DNA of 64,000 nt, from NCBI GenBank assembly GCA_963792715.1, contig CAWBXE010000005.1:116475-180474 (forward strand), read 5' to 3'. This stretch comes from an uncultured Alphaproteobacteria bacterium. Its GTDB lineage: Bacteria > Pseudomonadota > Alphaproteobacteria > Rhizobiales > Xanthobacteraceae. The position numbers and the translations under genes were made by a program. Numbering within the stretch: the stretch's first letter is position 1; every line of letters begins with the position of its first letter. The notes beneath the pieces were generated by a model that was not told where the DNA came from, ran no database searches, and worked only from the letters and a program-made list of their open reading frames with translations. Shown here piece by piece: positions 1-10,719 of this stretch.

Positions 1-3
1 GCG

Positions 4-222
4 ATGCGTTTCAAGTGGACCGTGCGGCACGAAGGCAGCAACGACTATTTTGTCGACGAAACGGTTGGCGAAAGCTCGCGGCCGATCACAACAGGGCCGA
101 TGTCGAAAGAGGCTGCTATCCGTTTCGTGGATGAGCATAACGACGAAGCACGGCGGCGTTTCGATCTGATCAAACATGAGATGACTGGGAATCGACAAGC
201 GCTGCGAGACCCTGATGCTTAG
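4..222 (+). CDS. hypothetical protein, possibly 5'-truncated by the window edge
   Basis: 72-aa ORF with protein-like composition; no recognised domain. Confidence 0.5.
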   Translation: MRFKWTVRHEGSNDYFVDETVGESSRPITTGPMSKEAAIRFVDEHNDEARRRFDLIKHEMTGNRQALRDPDA

Positions 223-403
223 GCTCTTTTGCAGCCTCAAGCGGATTTGTTGCAACGTTTTCATTGCAGTCATGGTTGCGGCGTTGTTGAACCAAAGACA
301 GAGGTCAGCGACTTATTCTGGAAAGGTGATGTAGATCACGTGCTGCGCATTGCCCTTTGGGTTAGATTCCAAACAAAATCGCACCTCTGTTCAGGAGATC
401 ACT

Positions 404-1202
404 ATGCGAAGGCTTTTTGTAGCCGCCGCTCTATTGCTGGCAAGCAGTGCCGCGCAGGCGGGGGAGACCTATAATTTCGACATCGGCGGACACACAATCC
501 ATATCGATCCCGATCGCGGCATCGTATCGATACCCGGCGTCTATGAGTCCGGTCCCACCCGCCTGAAACGTTCGCACAATAATTCACCGGACGAGGTGCT
601 CCGGTCAGAACTTCCCCTTCCCAGGCCAAGGTCGACCCGCAGCCCCATCGGAGCAGAGGCTCCTTCAATCGATGCGGCGGTTCCATCCTCTAGCTCGGCG
701 AATATTGCGCCGACGGGACCTTCGCCTTCAGCAGCTCGAACCCCGTGCCGGCAGGGAGGCACGATATCATCACTGGCATGAGGCCTTCCGAGCCCCCGCC
801 GCAAGCGCGCCCGCCACAAGCGCTCCTGTCTCCACAACCGTTCCTGGCACGACAACCGCGCCTGTCGCCGCGCCGATCCGGCAGGCCTCCTCGGATCGTC
901 CAGCAACCCCGCTCGGTGTGTGGCTGACGGAAGAAAAGGAGGGCAAGGTTCGCATCGAACAATGCGGCGCCAATCTCTGCGGATATTCGGTGAACGAAAA
1001 GTCGGATCAGAACGGTGAAAAGATTCTGATCAACATGAAGCCGGTCAGCGGTGAAAAATGGAGCGGTAAGATTTTCGATCCGAAAAGTGGCAGCACCTAC
1101 GACTCAACGATCGTGATGAAAGGCTCCGATGGCCTTCGCGTACAGGGTTGCGCGTTCGGCGGCATGTTTTGCGGCGGACAGTCATGGAGCCGCGTGAACT
1201 GA
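404..1202 (+). CDS. secreted DUF2147-domain protein (frameshift in Pro/Ala-rich linker near 720-780)
   Basis: GGAG RBS then ATG 404; signal peptide MRRLFVAAALLLASSAAQA; C-terminal PLGVWLTEEKEGKVRIEQCGANLCG...WSGKIFDPKSGSTY...VQGCAFGGMFCGGQSWSR. Confidence 0.75.
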
Positions 1203-1249
1203 CGCGCGAAAGGTCCTAAGGTGGTCCACTGACAGTTGAGGAACATCCG

Positions 1250-1658
1250 CTATTTATCTGATTTAGCTGTATATTGTGCGTCGGTCACTTGTTCCATCCA
1301 GTTCACGTGCTTGCCATCCAGCGACTCGTGCATGGCGACATGAACCATGCGCGTTCATAGGCGACGCGCCATGCCAATGTTTCTCATTTGGCGGAATCCA
1401 CACGGTATCGCCGGCGCGGATTTCCCGGATCGGGCCGCCTTCGGTCTGTACCCTGCCGATGCCGAAGATGACGAACAGCGTCTGGCCGAGCGGATGCGTG
1501 TGCCATGCGGTGCGCGCGCCCGGCTCGAACGCGACGCGCGCGGAATTTACCCGCGCGGGCGCCGGCGCCGTGTTGATCGGATCCTGCCAAACTGTGCCGG
1601 TAAACCAGTCGCTCGATGCGCGTAGCGTGGGCCGCGAGCCCGCCGGATGAATGTCCAT
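1250..1658 (-). CDS. cupin domain protein (frameshift near 1345)
   Basis: WFTGTVWQDPI, FEPGARTAWHTHPLGQTL, IPPNEKHWHGA cupin motifs; C-terminus WMEQVTDAQY lies in another frame. Confidence 0.85.
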
Positions 1659-1681
1659 CGTGTTTCCTCTCTGCTGTGAGT

Positions 1682-2383
1682 TTATTGTTTTTTTGTCGCG
1701 GCGTAGCGCGCCTTGGTATCGGCGTTCATGGGATACAGGCCTGGCAACGCCGCGCCGCCGTTGACCTGATCGACGATCCACGCCTCCATCCGCTCCTGCT
1801 CGGCGCCTTCTGCCAGAATGAGATCGAGCAAGGCCTTGGGGATCACCACAGCGCCGTCCTGATCGGCGACGATGATGTCATCAGGGAAAATCGCAACCCC
1901 GCCGCAGCCGATCGGCTCACCCCAGCCCACGAAGGTCAACCCCGCGACCGAAGGCGGCGCGGCATAACCGTCGCACCAGACCGGCATCCCCGTTCCCAGT
2001 ACGCCTTCGAGATCGCGCACCACGCCGTCCGTGACCAGAGCCGCGACACCGCGCTTGACCATGCGCGCGCACAGGATGTCGCCGAAGATGCCGGCGTCGG
2101 TGATGCCCATGGCATCGACCACAGCGATGCAGCCTTCCGGCATGGCTTCGATCGCGGTTCGGGTGGAGATCGGCGATGACCACGATTCCGGCGTGGCGAG
2201 ATCCTCGCGCGCGGGCACAAACCGCAGCGTGAAAGCGGGACCGACCAGCCGCGGCTGTCCCGGCCGCAGCGGACGCGAGCCGCGCATCCAGACGTTCCGC
2301 AAGCCCTTCTTGAGCAGTACCGTCGTGATGGTCGCGGTGGATACGCGCGACAGCGTCGCGATGGCTTCAGGCGTAAGGGGCAT
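1682..2383 (-). CDS. RraA/HMG-aldolase family protein
   Basis: VSTATITTVLLKKG, LVGPAFTLRF, AGIFGDIL, VTDGVVRD, GGVAIFPDDIIVADQDG. Confidence 0.85.
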   Translation of the reverse strand: MPLTPEAIATLSRVSTATITTVLLKKGLRNVWMRGSRPLRPGQPRLVGPAFTLRFVPAREDLATPESWSSPISTRTAIEAMPEGCIAVVDAMGITDAGIFGDILCARMVKRGVAALVTDGVVRDLEGVLGTGMPVWCDGYAAPPSVAGLTFVGWGEPIGCGGVAIFPDDIIVADQDGAVVIPKALLDLILAEGAEQERMEAWIVDQVNGGAALPGLYPMNADTKARYAATKKQ

Positions 2384-2536
2384 GGACTGGTTCTTCCGAT
2401 TGCGTTTTGAGCGGCGCATCTTGCGGGGCAAGGCGTTCGCGTCAAGGGCGGTGAGGCCGTCGCGCCCCGTGACAAGCGGCGGCGATTGAGCGAAAACTGG
2501 GAAATGGCTGTGCACCCGCCGACCAATTCCGAAGTC

Positions 2537-3269
2537 GTGGCCGCGACGCTTCCCCCGCCTCGCCTGCTGGCAAGCGGCGACAGCGCCATAACGGTCGAGT
2601 TCAGCCGCAACATCGATGACGAAGCGAACCGGCGCGTGCTGGCGCTTGATCAAACGCTGGCGCGCGAAGCGATTGCAGGGATTACCGAAACCGTCCCGAC
2701 CTACCGGTCGCTGCTGGTGCACTACGATCCCGTCCAGATCGGCTTCGATGCGCTCGGCGAAAAGCTGATCGAACTGGCCCAACTGCCGGTGCCCGAAAGA
2801 AGCGGCGCGCGGCGCTGGCGCATCCCCGTCGCCTATGGCGGCGAGCATGGCATCGACCTCGAAGAGGTCGCCAAGACGCTTAACACGACGCCTGACGACA
2901 TCGTGGCGCGGCATACGGCCGGCAATTACCGCGTCGCCATGATCGGCTTTACGCCGGGGTGGTCGTATCTCAGCGGTCTGGAGGACTCGCTGCACATGCC
3001 GCGGCGGCAGAATCCGCGCCTGCTGACGCCCGCCGGCACGATCTCGATCGGCGGGGTGCAAACCGGCGTGCAATGTCTGGCCGGACCGAGCGGCTGGCAT
3101 CTGCTTGGGGCGCACGGCGGTGCGCACTTATCAGCTGCATCGCGAACCGATTTTCCTGCTGGAGCCCGGCGATGCCGTGACGTTCTCAGCGGTCGACGCC
3201 ACGACATTCGCCGAACAGGATCGCGCCGCGGAAGCCGGCGAGATCGTAGCCGAGTTGATCGCGTCATGA
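2537..3269 (+). CDS. pxpB: 5-oxoprolinase subunit B (frameshift near 3110)
   Basis: SGDSAITVEF, ETVPTYRSLLVHYDP, IPVAYGGEHGIDL, IGFTPGWSYL, PSGWHLLG; stop overlaps pxpC ATG. Confidence 0.85.
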
Positions 3270-4321
3270 GCAGGCTCGTCATCACCGCAATCGGCCCGGC
3301 CAGCTCCGTGCAGGACGGCGGCCGCTACGGTTCACAACGTTACGGGTTGACGCCAAGCGGCGCGATGGATCGGCTCGCGCTGGCCGCGGCGAATTGTCTG
3401 TTGGGAAACGCGCCATTCACTGCCGCCGTCGAAGTAGGTCCACTGAATGCGGTGTTCACCGCGCGAGACGGCGCGGTGCGTATCGCGCTTACGGGTGCTG
3501 CGCGCAATGCCGACATCGCCGGACGCGCTGTCGCTTTCAATACTTCGGCGACGCTTGCGGACGGCGAAAGCCTGACCCTGGGCTTCGCGCGCGATGGCGT
3601 TTTCAGCTATCTGGCGATCGAAGGCGGCGTGCAGGGCGAGCCGATGTTCGGCAGCCTCGCCGTCAATGCCCGCGCCGGTCTCGGCAGCCCCTATCCGCGC
3701 CCGCTGCAGTCCGGCGACGAATTGCAGGTGGCGGCCGCGAGCGGCGCACCGAGACGCCGTATCGATCTTCCGGCCATCGCTGATGCGCCCATTCGCGTGG
3801 TGATGGGGCCGCAGGACGACGAATTTTCCGAGGAGAAGCAAGGCGCTGTTTCTCGACAGCGAATGGAAGATATCCGCGACCAGCGACCGCATGGGCTATC
3901 GTCTCGAAGGGCCCGTCATCAAGCATCTGCATGGGCACAACATCGTCTCCGACGGCACTGTGAATGGCAGCATCCAGGTGCCCGGCAACGGCGCGCCGAT
4001 CGTACTGATGCCGGATCGCGGCACCAGCGGCGGTTACCCCAAGATCGCGACGGTCATCACGGCGGACATTGGCCGGTTTGCCCAGACTTCGGCGGGCCGC
4101 GGTTTTCGTTTCAAGGCCGTCGCATGGCTGAGGCGCAGGCGGAGGCGCGGAAGTTTTCTGAGCTGTTGCGCACCCTGCCCGACCGCGTCCGCGACATCGA
4201 GAATTTCGAACTCAACCTCGAAGCGCTGCAAAATGCGAATGTCGCCGGTGCTGCCGTGAATGCATTCGACGCCAGGACGTGGCAAACTCAACTGCCTGCC
4301 GAGACGCGGGCGCAGGACTGA
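3266..4321 (+). CDS. pxpC: 5-oxoprolinase subunit C (frameshifts near 3840 and 4120)
   Basis: SVQDGGRYG..SGAMD, DRMGYRLEG, GSIQVPGNGAPIVLMPDRGTSGGYPKI. Confidence 0.85.
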   Translation: MSRLVITAIGPASSVQDGGRYGSQRYGLTPSGAMDRLALAAANCLLGNAPFTAAVEVGPLNAVFTARDGAVRIALTGAARNADIAGRAVAFNTSATLADGESLTLGFARDGVFSYLAIEGGVQGEPMFGSLAVNARAGLGSPYPRPLQSGDELQVAAASGAPRRRIDLPAIADAPIRVVMGPQDDEFSEEKQGAVSRQRMEDIRDQRPHGLSSRRARHQASAWAQHRLRRHCEWQHPGARQRRADRTDAGSRHQRRLPQDRDGHHGGHWPVCPDFGGPRFSFQGRRMAEAQAEARKFSELLRTLPDRVRDIENFELNLEALQNANVAGAAVNAFDARTWQTQLPAETRAQD

Positions 4322-4348
4322 TGCGGATTTCCAAAACGGACGGACAGC

Positions 4349-5116
4349 ATGGCCATCGATCTGAACTGCGATCTCGGCGAAGGTTTCGGCGCTTGGGAAA
4401 TGGGTAACGATGCCGCCATGATCGACCTTGCGACATCGGTCAACATCGCCTGCGGCTTTCACGCCGGCGATGCCGACATCATGCGCCAGACCGTCGATCT
4501 TGCGAAGGCGCGCGGCGTCAGCATCGGCGCGCATCCCGGCTACCGCGATCTGCACGGTTTCGGCCGCCGGCCGTTTCCGGGCATGAAATCATCCGAGATC
4601 GAGAACCTCGTCGCCTATCAGATCGGCGCATTGCAGGCGATTGCGACCGCGGCCGGACATAAGGTCACGCACGTGAAGGCGCATGGCGCGCTGTCGAACG
4701 TCGCCTGCGAGGACGACGCGACGGCGCGCGCGATCGCCAACGGAATCAAGGCGGTCGACCCCGATCTTGTTTTTGTCGTGCTGGCGAATTCGCGTCTGGT
4801 TCAGGCCGGCGAAGCCGCCAATCTGCCGATGGTGCATGAAGTGTTTGCCGACCGCGCTTATGAGGATGACGGTTCGCTGGTGTCACGCCGCAAGCCCGGC
4901 GCGGTGCTGCACGATGCCGGTCAAATCGCGCAGCGCGTGGTGCGGATGGTGCAGGATGGCGCGGTCGTTTCCGTGACCGGCAAAGTCATCAAGATGCGCA
5001 CCGACACCGTCTGCATTCACGGCGACACGCCCGGCGCGGTCGACATCGCGCGCGGCGTGCGCAAGGCGCTGAAGGACGCCGGCATCGACGTCGCGCCGTT
5101 CAAAAAGCCAAACTAG
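4349..5116 (+). CDS. pxpA: 5-oxoprolinase subunit A (LamB/YcsF family)
   Basis: [53 protein letters not shown]. Confidence 0.93.
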   Translation: MAIDLNCDLGEGFGAWEMGNDAAMIDLATSVNIACGFHAGDADIMRQTVDLAKARGVSIGAHPGYRDLHGFGRRPFPGMKSSEIENLVAYQIGALQAIATAAGHKVTHVKAHGALSNVACEDDATARAIANGIKAVDPDLVFVVLANSRLVQAGEAANLPMVHEVFADRAYEDDGSLVSRRKPGAVLHDAGQIAQRVVRMVQDGAVVSVTGKVIKMRTDTVCIHGDTPGAVDIARGVRKALKDAGIDVAPFKKPN

Positions 5117-5118
5117 AT

Positions 5119-5271
5119 TCAGAACGGATGGATCGACAGCGTGCCGAATACCACGGCGGCGATCATCGCCAGCGAGCCGTAAAGCGCCGCCGCTTGCAGG
5201 CCGCGCCCGGTCCGCCCGGACAGCGAGCGCGCGTAAAGATGCAAACGAGCTTCCGCCGAAAGTTGTCGCAT
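5119..5271 (-). CDS. 50-aa small putative membrane protein (absent from ORF track)
   Basis: Manual translation MRQLSAEARLHLYARSLSGRTGRGLQAAALYGSLAMIAAVVFGTLSIHPF*; GGAG RBS upstream; hydrophobic C-terminal segment; fills the gap between convergent genes. Confidence 0.6.
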   Translation of the reverse strand: MRQLSAEARLHLYARSLSGRTGRGLQAAALYGSLAMIAAVVFGTLSIHPF

Positions 5272-5442
5272 GGCCGATCTCCACCGATGCCGCATGGGCT
5301 TAGTGGAATGTCGTTCGCGGCGCGACGCAAGGGGAGCGAATAAAAAGCAACGCCTGCGCTCCCAAGGCGTCCTGGGCGGAGAAAAATTCTCTTGGATGAG
5401 TCCGACTGAGAATTTTATTCGTTCAAGTTTGAGCCTGTTGCT

Positions 5443-7056
5443 TCAATACACGTCCTGCTGGAAGCGGCCGCTTTTCTTGAGATCGGCGACAAACCTGATC
5501 GCTTCGTCGGTCGACCGCGCGCCGAACTGGGCGACGATATCGACCAGCGCCCGCTCGACATCCTTGGCCATGCGCTGCGCGTCGCCGCAGATATACACAT
5601 GCGCACCCTCGGCGAGCCACGTCCACACGTCGCGGCCGACTTCGCGCATGCGGTCCTGTACATAGAATTTTTCTCCGGTGTCGCGCGACCACGCCAGCGA
5701 CAACCGCGTCAGAAATCCCGACGCCTTCATGGCGTTGAGTTCCTCGGCGTAGAAGAAGTCGCTCTGGCTGCGCTGATGGCCGAAGAACAGCCAGTTCTTG
5801 CCGGGCGCGCTGGTGGCCTTGCGGTCGTGCAGGAAAGCGCGGAATGGCGCGATGCCGGTGCCCGGACCCGACCATGATGATCGGCGTATTCGGGTCTTTG
5901 CGGCAGCGCGAAGCCATGAGCCTTCTGCACATAGACTTTGAGCTTGTCGCCGGGCTGGATGCGCTCGGCGAGAAATGTCGACGCCAGACCATGACGCCGG
6001 CGCTTGCCGATGACGTAGCGCACGCAATCGACCGTCAGCGATAGTTTGCCCGGCGTGGCGTTGTGCGACGACGAGATCGAATACAGCCGCGGCTGCAGTG
6101 GCTCCAGCGCCTCAACAAAAGCTTCCGGATGCGGCCGCACGCTCGGAAATTTCTGCAGCGCCGCCATCACATCAAGCGTGGCGGCGTCACCATCGGGATC
6201 GTCGCCTTGCGCCAGCTTGCGCGCCTTTTCACGGATGGCGCCGCCGCTGATGTAGGACAACAATTCGAACAGGCTGTCTGGCGCTGGCGCCAGCGAGACA
6301 TCGTCGCGCAGCACGTCGCGTAGCGTCTTGCCGCGCACCTCCGTGGTATGGGAAGCGCCGAGCAGCGCGATGATCTGGTCGACATGGCCGAGATCGTTGC
6401 TGGCGAAAATGCCGAAGGAATCGCCGACGACGTAATCGAGGCCGCAGCCGCTGAGATCGAAGTCGATATGCCAGGTTTCCTTTTCGGAGCCGGCTTTGTT
6501 CAGGAGCTGCCGCGACACGAAGGTCGCAGCGATGGGATTGTCACGGGAGCGGCCGGGTTCTGAGATCGTGATGGTGGCCGGAACGGGGACAGCCGACGCT
6601 GACTTGCTGGCGACCGCGGCTGGGGCTTTTTCCAGCTCCTCGTTCAGCGCTTTCAGCATCCGCGCGGTTTCCTTGCCGCCGGGGACGCAGAGATTGAGCC
6701 GCGGTTCGGCCTTGTCGGCAATCGCGTCGGAATAGTCGTTGCAGTTGTAGCCGCATTGGCCGCAATCCTGCTGCGCCATCGCCGCCATCATGCGCCGCCG
6801 CAACGGACGGCCCTCGGCGAGCTTCATGCGTTCGCCGATCGGCATGGTCTGGTCGTGCCACGGCGCTTCGCCGTCGTCGCCATCTCCTGCCGGGACCTTG
6901 CAGCGCCACAGCACCCCGCCCCGCCGGCAATGGCGCGGGGCCATCGGTCGATAGCAACCCGGCGAAAAAACCATTCAGCCAGGAGCGCTGAGCTTCGGAA
7001 AACGGCGCCGACGATGGAATGACTTCAATCCTTGGCGGGGGCGTCATCTGGTTCAT
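5443..7056 (-). CDS. sulfite-reductase-alpha-like flavoprotein with an Fe-S domain in place of flavodoxin (frameshifts near 6900-6930 and 5870-5910)
   Basis: QQDCGQCGYNC...NLCVPGG Fe-S motif; PRLYSISSS, GPGTGIAPFRAF, KFYVQDRM, YICGDAQRMAKDV FNR-type FAD/NADPH motifs. Confidence 0.85.
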
Positions 7057-8855
7057 GACGAGACCTCCGCTTCAGCGAGCTTGCGCATCATCTCGCCATC
7101 ATGGCGGCGCGAGAAAGTGAGAAATGTTTCCTCCGGCGACGAGCGGTGCGAAAGGTACGCCTTCAGCAATTTCTCGACGACAACGGGTGCGTCTTCGGAC
7201 TTCACATCGCGATAGACTTCCTGCCCGATGTCGGCTTCTGGACCGAAACCGCCGCCGGTAAGGATGTGAAACCCGTCTACGGTGTCGTCGCTGTCATCGA
7301 CCGCAATGCGCGCGCCGATCATGCCGATGTCGCTGATGAAATGTTGCGCGCAGGAATGATGACAGCCGGTGAGATGGATATTGATCGGCGTGTCGAGTTC
7401 GACGCGGGTATCGCACCAGTCGCCGATCGCGGCAGCGGTGCGTTTGGTATCAGCGTTGCCGAATTTGCATCCGGCGCGGCCGGTGCAGGCGATCAGGCCA
7501 GCGCGAATTTCGGTGGTCTTTATTGCCAGTCCGATCTGCTCGACCGCCGCGGTCGCCAGCGCGATGTTCTCGTCGCGCACGCTTGAGATCAGCAAATTCT
7601 GCCAGACGGTGAGCCTAATATCGCCGTCGCCGAGATCCTGCGCGATCTTCGCCAGCCCGCGCATCTGATCGCAGGTCACCTTGCCGAGTGGCACGGATAC
7701 GCCGATCCAGTTCAGGCCGTCCTGCTGCTGCGGGTGCACGCCGATATGCGCCGTGCGGTCGAACGCTGGCCGCGGCGCTAATGCATCAAGCGGCACGCGC
7801 GTGAACGCATGCCCTAGTTTTTCTTCGACCAGCACGAGAAACTTCTCCATGCCCATGCCGTCGATAACGTATTTCAGCCGCGCCTTGAGGCGGTTGGTGC
7901 GGTCGCCGAGATCGATGAATACGCGAACGATGGCGTCGGCGACTTTGGTCGCATCCGCCGGCTTGACGATGATGCAGCTATTCTCAGCAAAGCGGTCCTT
8001 GGCGAAATCCTTGTGGCCGGTGATGCCGCCTATCCCCAGCCGAAACCATATGCCGGGCTCGACACCGAAACCGTCTTTCACTTCCACGGCTGCGAAGGCG
8101 ATGTCGTTGGTGTCTTCCAGCACCGCGATCTTGCCGGCGCCGTCGAAAGCGACATTGAATTTGCGCGGCAGGCCCGTCAACGAACGATCGTTGAGAATGT
8201 GATAGTGCCACTCGCGCGCGTACTCGCGCGTGTCGAGCAGTTCCTGTGGATCGATGCCGGCGGTCGGCGTACCCGTGACGTTGCGAATGTTGTCGGCGCC
8301 CGAGCCGCGCGAACACAGCCCGAGATCCTGGATGCCTTCGATCAGCAAAACCGTATGCTTCGGCGGAATTTCGCGCACCTGCAGATTGGCGCGCGTCGTG
8401 ACATGGCAATACGGTCCGCACAGCGGCTCGATCAGATCGGCCAAACCTGCGAATTGCCAGTGCTTAAGGATGCCGTTGGGAATGCGCAGGCGGCTCATAA
8501 AGGAGTCCTGCGCGGGCGCCACGTAGAACAATCCGTAATAGCGCCAGCGAAAATTGTCGGCGGGCGATGGCGGCGCATTGTCGAGCGCCTGCTGTTTCAG
8601 ACGAGGATAGGCGTCGAACGGATGTTCCTCACGCTTGAATTTCTCGGGGTCCGCAAGCTTCTTGCCGGCCGCAATAACCTTGTCCTGCGCAATGAGATGC
8701 GCCGCGTCGGGTCCGGTCGGCTCGGCTTTCCCCGGCGCGGCAGCCCCGCCCGCGAAGCCGCGTCCGGCACGGCTGATCTGCAGGCCAGACGTGAAACCCT
8801 CAAGGTAGCGCTTCTGCTCGTCTGAGAAGTCGACGGGAATGTTTTCGATTTTCAT
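7053..8855 (-). CDS. nirA: NirA-family siroheme nitrite reductase
   Basis: RLRIPNG, HVTTRANLQ, GADNIRNV, LPRKFNV, ACTGRAGC, TGCHHSCAQH siroheme/4Fe-4S ligands. Confidence 0.88.
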   Translation of the reverse strand: MKIENIPVDFSDEQKRYLEGFTSGLQISRAGRGFAGGAAAPGKAEPTGPDAAHLIAQDKVIAAGKKLADPEKFKREEHPFDAYPRLKQQALDNAPPSPADNFRWRYYGLFYVAPAQDSFMSRLRIPNGILKHWQFAGLADLIEPLCGPYCHVTTRANLQVREIPPKHTVLLIEGIQDLGLCSRGSGADNIRNVTGTPTAGIDPQELLDTREYAREWHYHILNDRSLTGLPRKFNVAFDGAGKIAVLEDTNDIAFAAVEVKDGFGVEPGIWFRLGIGGITGHKDFAKDRFAENSCIIVKPADATKVADAIVRVFIDLGDRTNRLKARLKYVIDGMGMEKFLVLVEEKLGHAFTRVPLDALAPRPAFDRTAHIGVHPQQQDGLNWIGVSVPLGKVTCDQMRGLAKIAQDLGDGDIRLTVWQNLLISSVRDENIALATAAVEQIGLAIKTTEIRAGLIACTGRAGCKFGNADTKRTAAAIGDWCDTRVELDTPINIHLTGCHHSCAQHFISDIGMIGARIAVDDSDDTVDGFHILTGGGFGPEADIGQEVYRDVKSEDAPVVVEKLLKAYLSHRSSPEETFLTFSRRHDGEMMRKLAEAEVSS

Positions 8856-8926
8856 GATCGGACGGTCGCGGTCCTGCTCCGTGGTTTGTCGGAGGGCGAC
8901 CCGACAAGTGTGGCCGCACTGCACCA

Positions 8927-8942
8927 TTCAAATCATGTGCCA
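8927..8942 (-). promoter_or_regulatory. probable sigma54 (-24/-12) promoter for nirA
   Basis: Minus strand TGGCAC-ATGAT-TTGAA, about 70 nt upstream of the ATG; one mismatch to TGGCAC-N5-TTGC. Confidence 0.55.
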
Positions 8943-9235
8943 GCTCAACCTTTGGAAATCTCTCATAAAATCAAACGGTTGGAATAAATTGAAAAAACTC
9001 AAATTTGGGGCAGACGTCATTTGCGACAGAAAGCCTAAATTCTAGCCCTTCGCGCCGCCGCGGGGAGACGTTGGCCATCAAGCGCGACCGACACGCGCAA
9101 ACTCCACGATCGAGCTCGTTTTGCTGCTTCCTGATTGCGTCGAAGCGCGGGACGCACAAACCGGGACACTGCTAAAGCCTTGTAATTATAAGCAATTGAA
9201 ACTAGCTCCTGCATATCAATCAGGCATTGTGAATC

Positions 9236-10562
9236 ATGCAGCAGGCCGCCGCGCCTAAAGTCAGCTTTGTGTCGCTGGGATGCCCCAAGGCGCTGGTGGA
9301 TTCCGAGCGCATCATCACCCGGCTGCGCGCGGAAGGCTATGAACTCGCGCGCAAGCACGACGGCGCCGATCTCGTCATCGTCAACACCTGCGGCTTCCTC
9401 GACAGCGCCAAACGTGAGTTGCTCGGCGCGATCGGCGAGGCGATGGCGGAGAACGGCAAGGTCATCGTCACCGGTTGCATGGGGGCGGAGCCCGAGCAGA
9501 TCGAGGCCGCCTATCCCGGCGTGTTGTCGATAACAGGCCCGCAGCAATATGAGAGCGTACTCGACGCGGTGCACCGCGCGTTGCCGCCGCTGCATAACCC
9601 GCATCTCGACCTGGTGCCGCCGCAGGGCATCAAGCTGACGCCGCGCCACTACGCCTATCTCAAGATTTCCGAAGGCTGCAACAATCGCTGCAGCTTCTGT
9701 ATCATTCCAAAGCTACGCGGAGATCTGGTGTCGCGTCCGGCGAACCACGTGCTGCGCGAGGCGGAAAAGCTGGTGGACGCCGGCGTCAAGGAATTGCTGG
9801 TCGTGTCGCAGGACACATCGGCCTATGGGGTCGATCTGAAATACGCCGCGAGCCCGTGGAAGGATCGCGAGGTTCGCGCAAGATTTTTCGACCTGGCGCG
9901 CGAGCTCGGCGAGCTCGGCGCATGGGTTCGGCTGCAATATGTCTACCCCTATCCGCACGTCGATGAAGTCATCGGCCTGATGACGCAGGGCAAGATTCTG
10001 CCCTATCTCGACATACCCTTCCAGCACGCCAGTCCCGAGGTGCTGAAGCAGATGAAGCGCCCGGCGGCGCAGGACAAGACGCTGGCGCGGATCAAGAAGT
10101 GGCGTGAGGAATGCCCTGACCTGACGCTGCGCTCAACCTTCATTGTCGGCTTCCCCGGCGAGACCGATTCCGATTTCGCGTATCTGCTCGACTGGCTTGA
10201 CGAAGCCGAGATCGACCGCGTCGGCTGCTTCAAATACGAACCGGTCGCGGGTGCCACCTCGAACGCGCTCGGCAATCCCGTGCATGAGGAAATAAAGCAG
10301 CAGCGCTGGAACGCGCTAATGGCGCGGCAGCAGAAAATCTCGGCACGTCGCCTCAAGCGCAAGGTCGGCACGCGACAGCAGATCATCATTGACGAGGTCG
10401 GGCCGAGCGTCTCGAAGGGCCGCTCGAAAGCCGACGCGCCGCAGATCGACGGCGCGGTTTATCTTTCAAGCCGCCGTCCACTGCGCGTCGGCGAGATCGT
10501 CACGCGCAAAGATCGAGCGCGCGGACGAGTACGATCTGCACGGCAGCGTGGCGGGGTTTTAA
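9236..10562 (+). CDS. rimO: ribosomal protein S12 methylthiotransferase (frameshift near 10505)
   Basis: [52 protein letters not shown]; corrected end [10 protein letters not shown]. Confidence 0.95.
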
Positions 10563-10565
10563 GTC

Positions 10566-10716
10566 CTACCTCCTCCCCTTGAGGGGGAAGGTCGACGCGA
10601 TGAACGAGCGGCCGGGTCGGGGTGAACGCCGCATATGCTCGCGCACATCACTTCGATCTCGCCAGTCTTCGCTTCGCTCAGGCTTACGACCCTCCGATGC
10701 CAGGAGAGGGTAGAAG
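10566..10716. repeat. degenerate rhizobial intergenic palindromic element
   Basis: CCTCCCCTTGAGGGGGAAGG ... CTTCGCTTCGCTC ... ACCCTCC..GGAGAGGGT between convergent rimO and qor; similar design to 52463-52616. Confidence 0.55.
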
Positions 10717-10719
10717 ACC

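Noticed and set aside
1682-4321. 481-aa RraA ORF and 611-aa apparent PxpB-PxpC fusion
   Set aside because: The RraA N-terminal extension is antisense to pxpB. The fusion arises from frameshifts; separate overlapping stop and start codons (ATGA at 3266-3269) are visible.
7975-8015. Apparent short insertion (DRFAEN) in NirA
   Set aside because: Cannot be confirmed without an alignment; not an exact DNA duplication.
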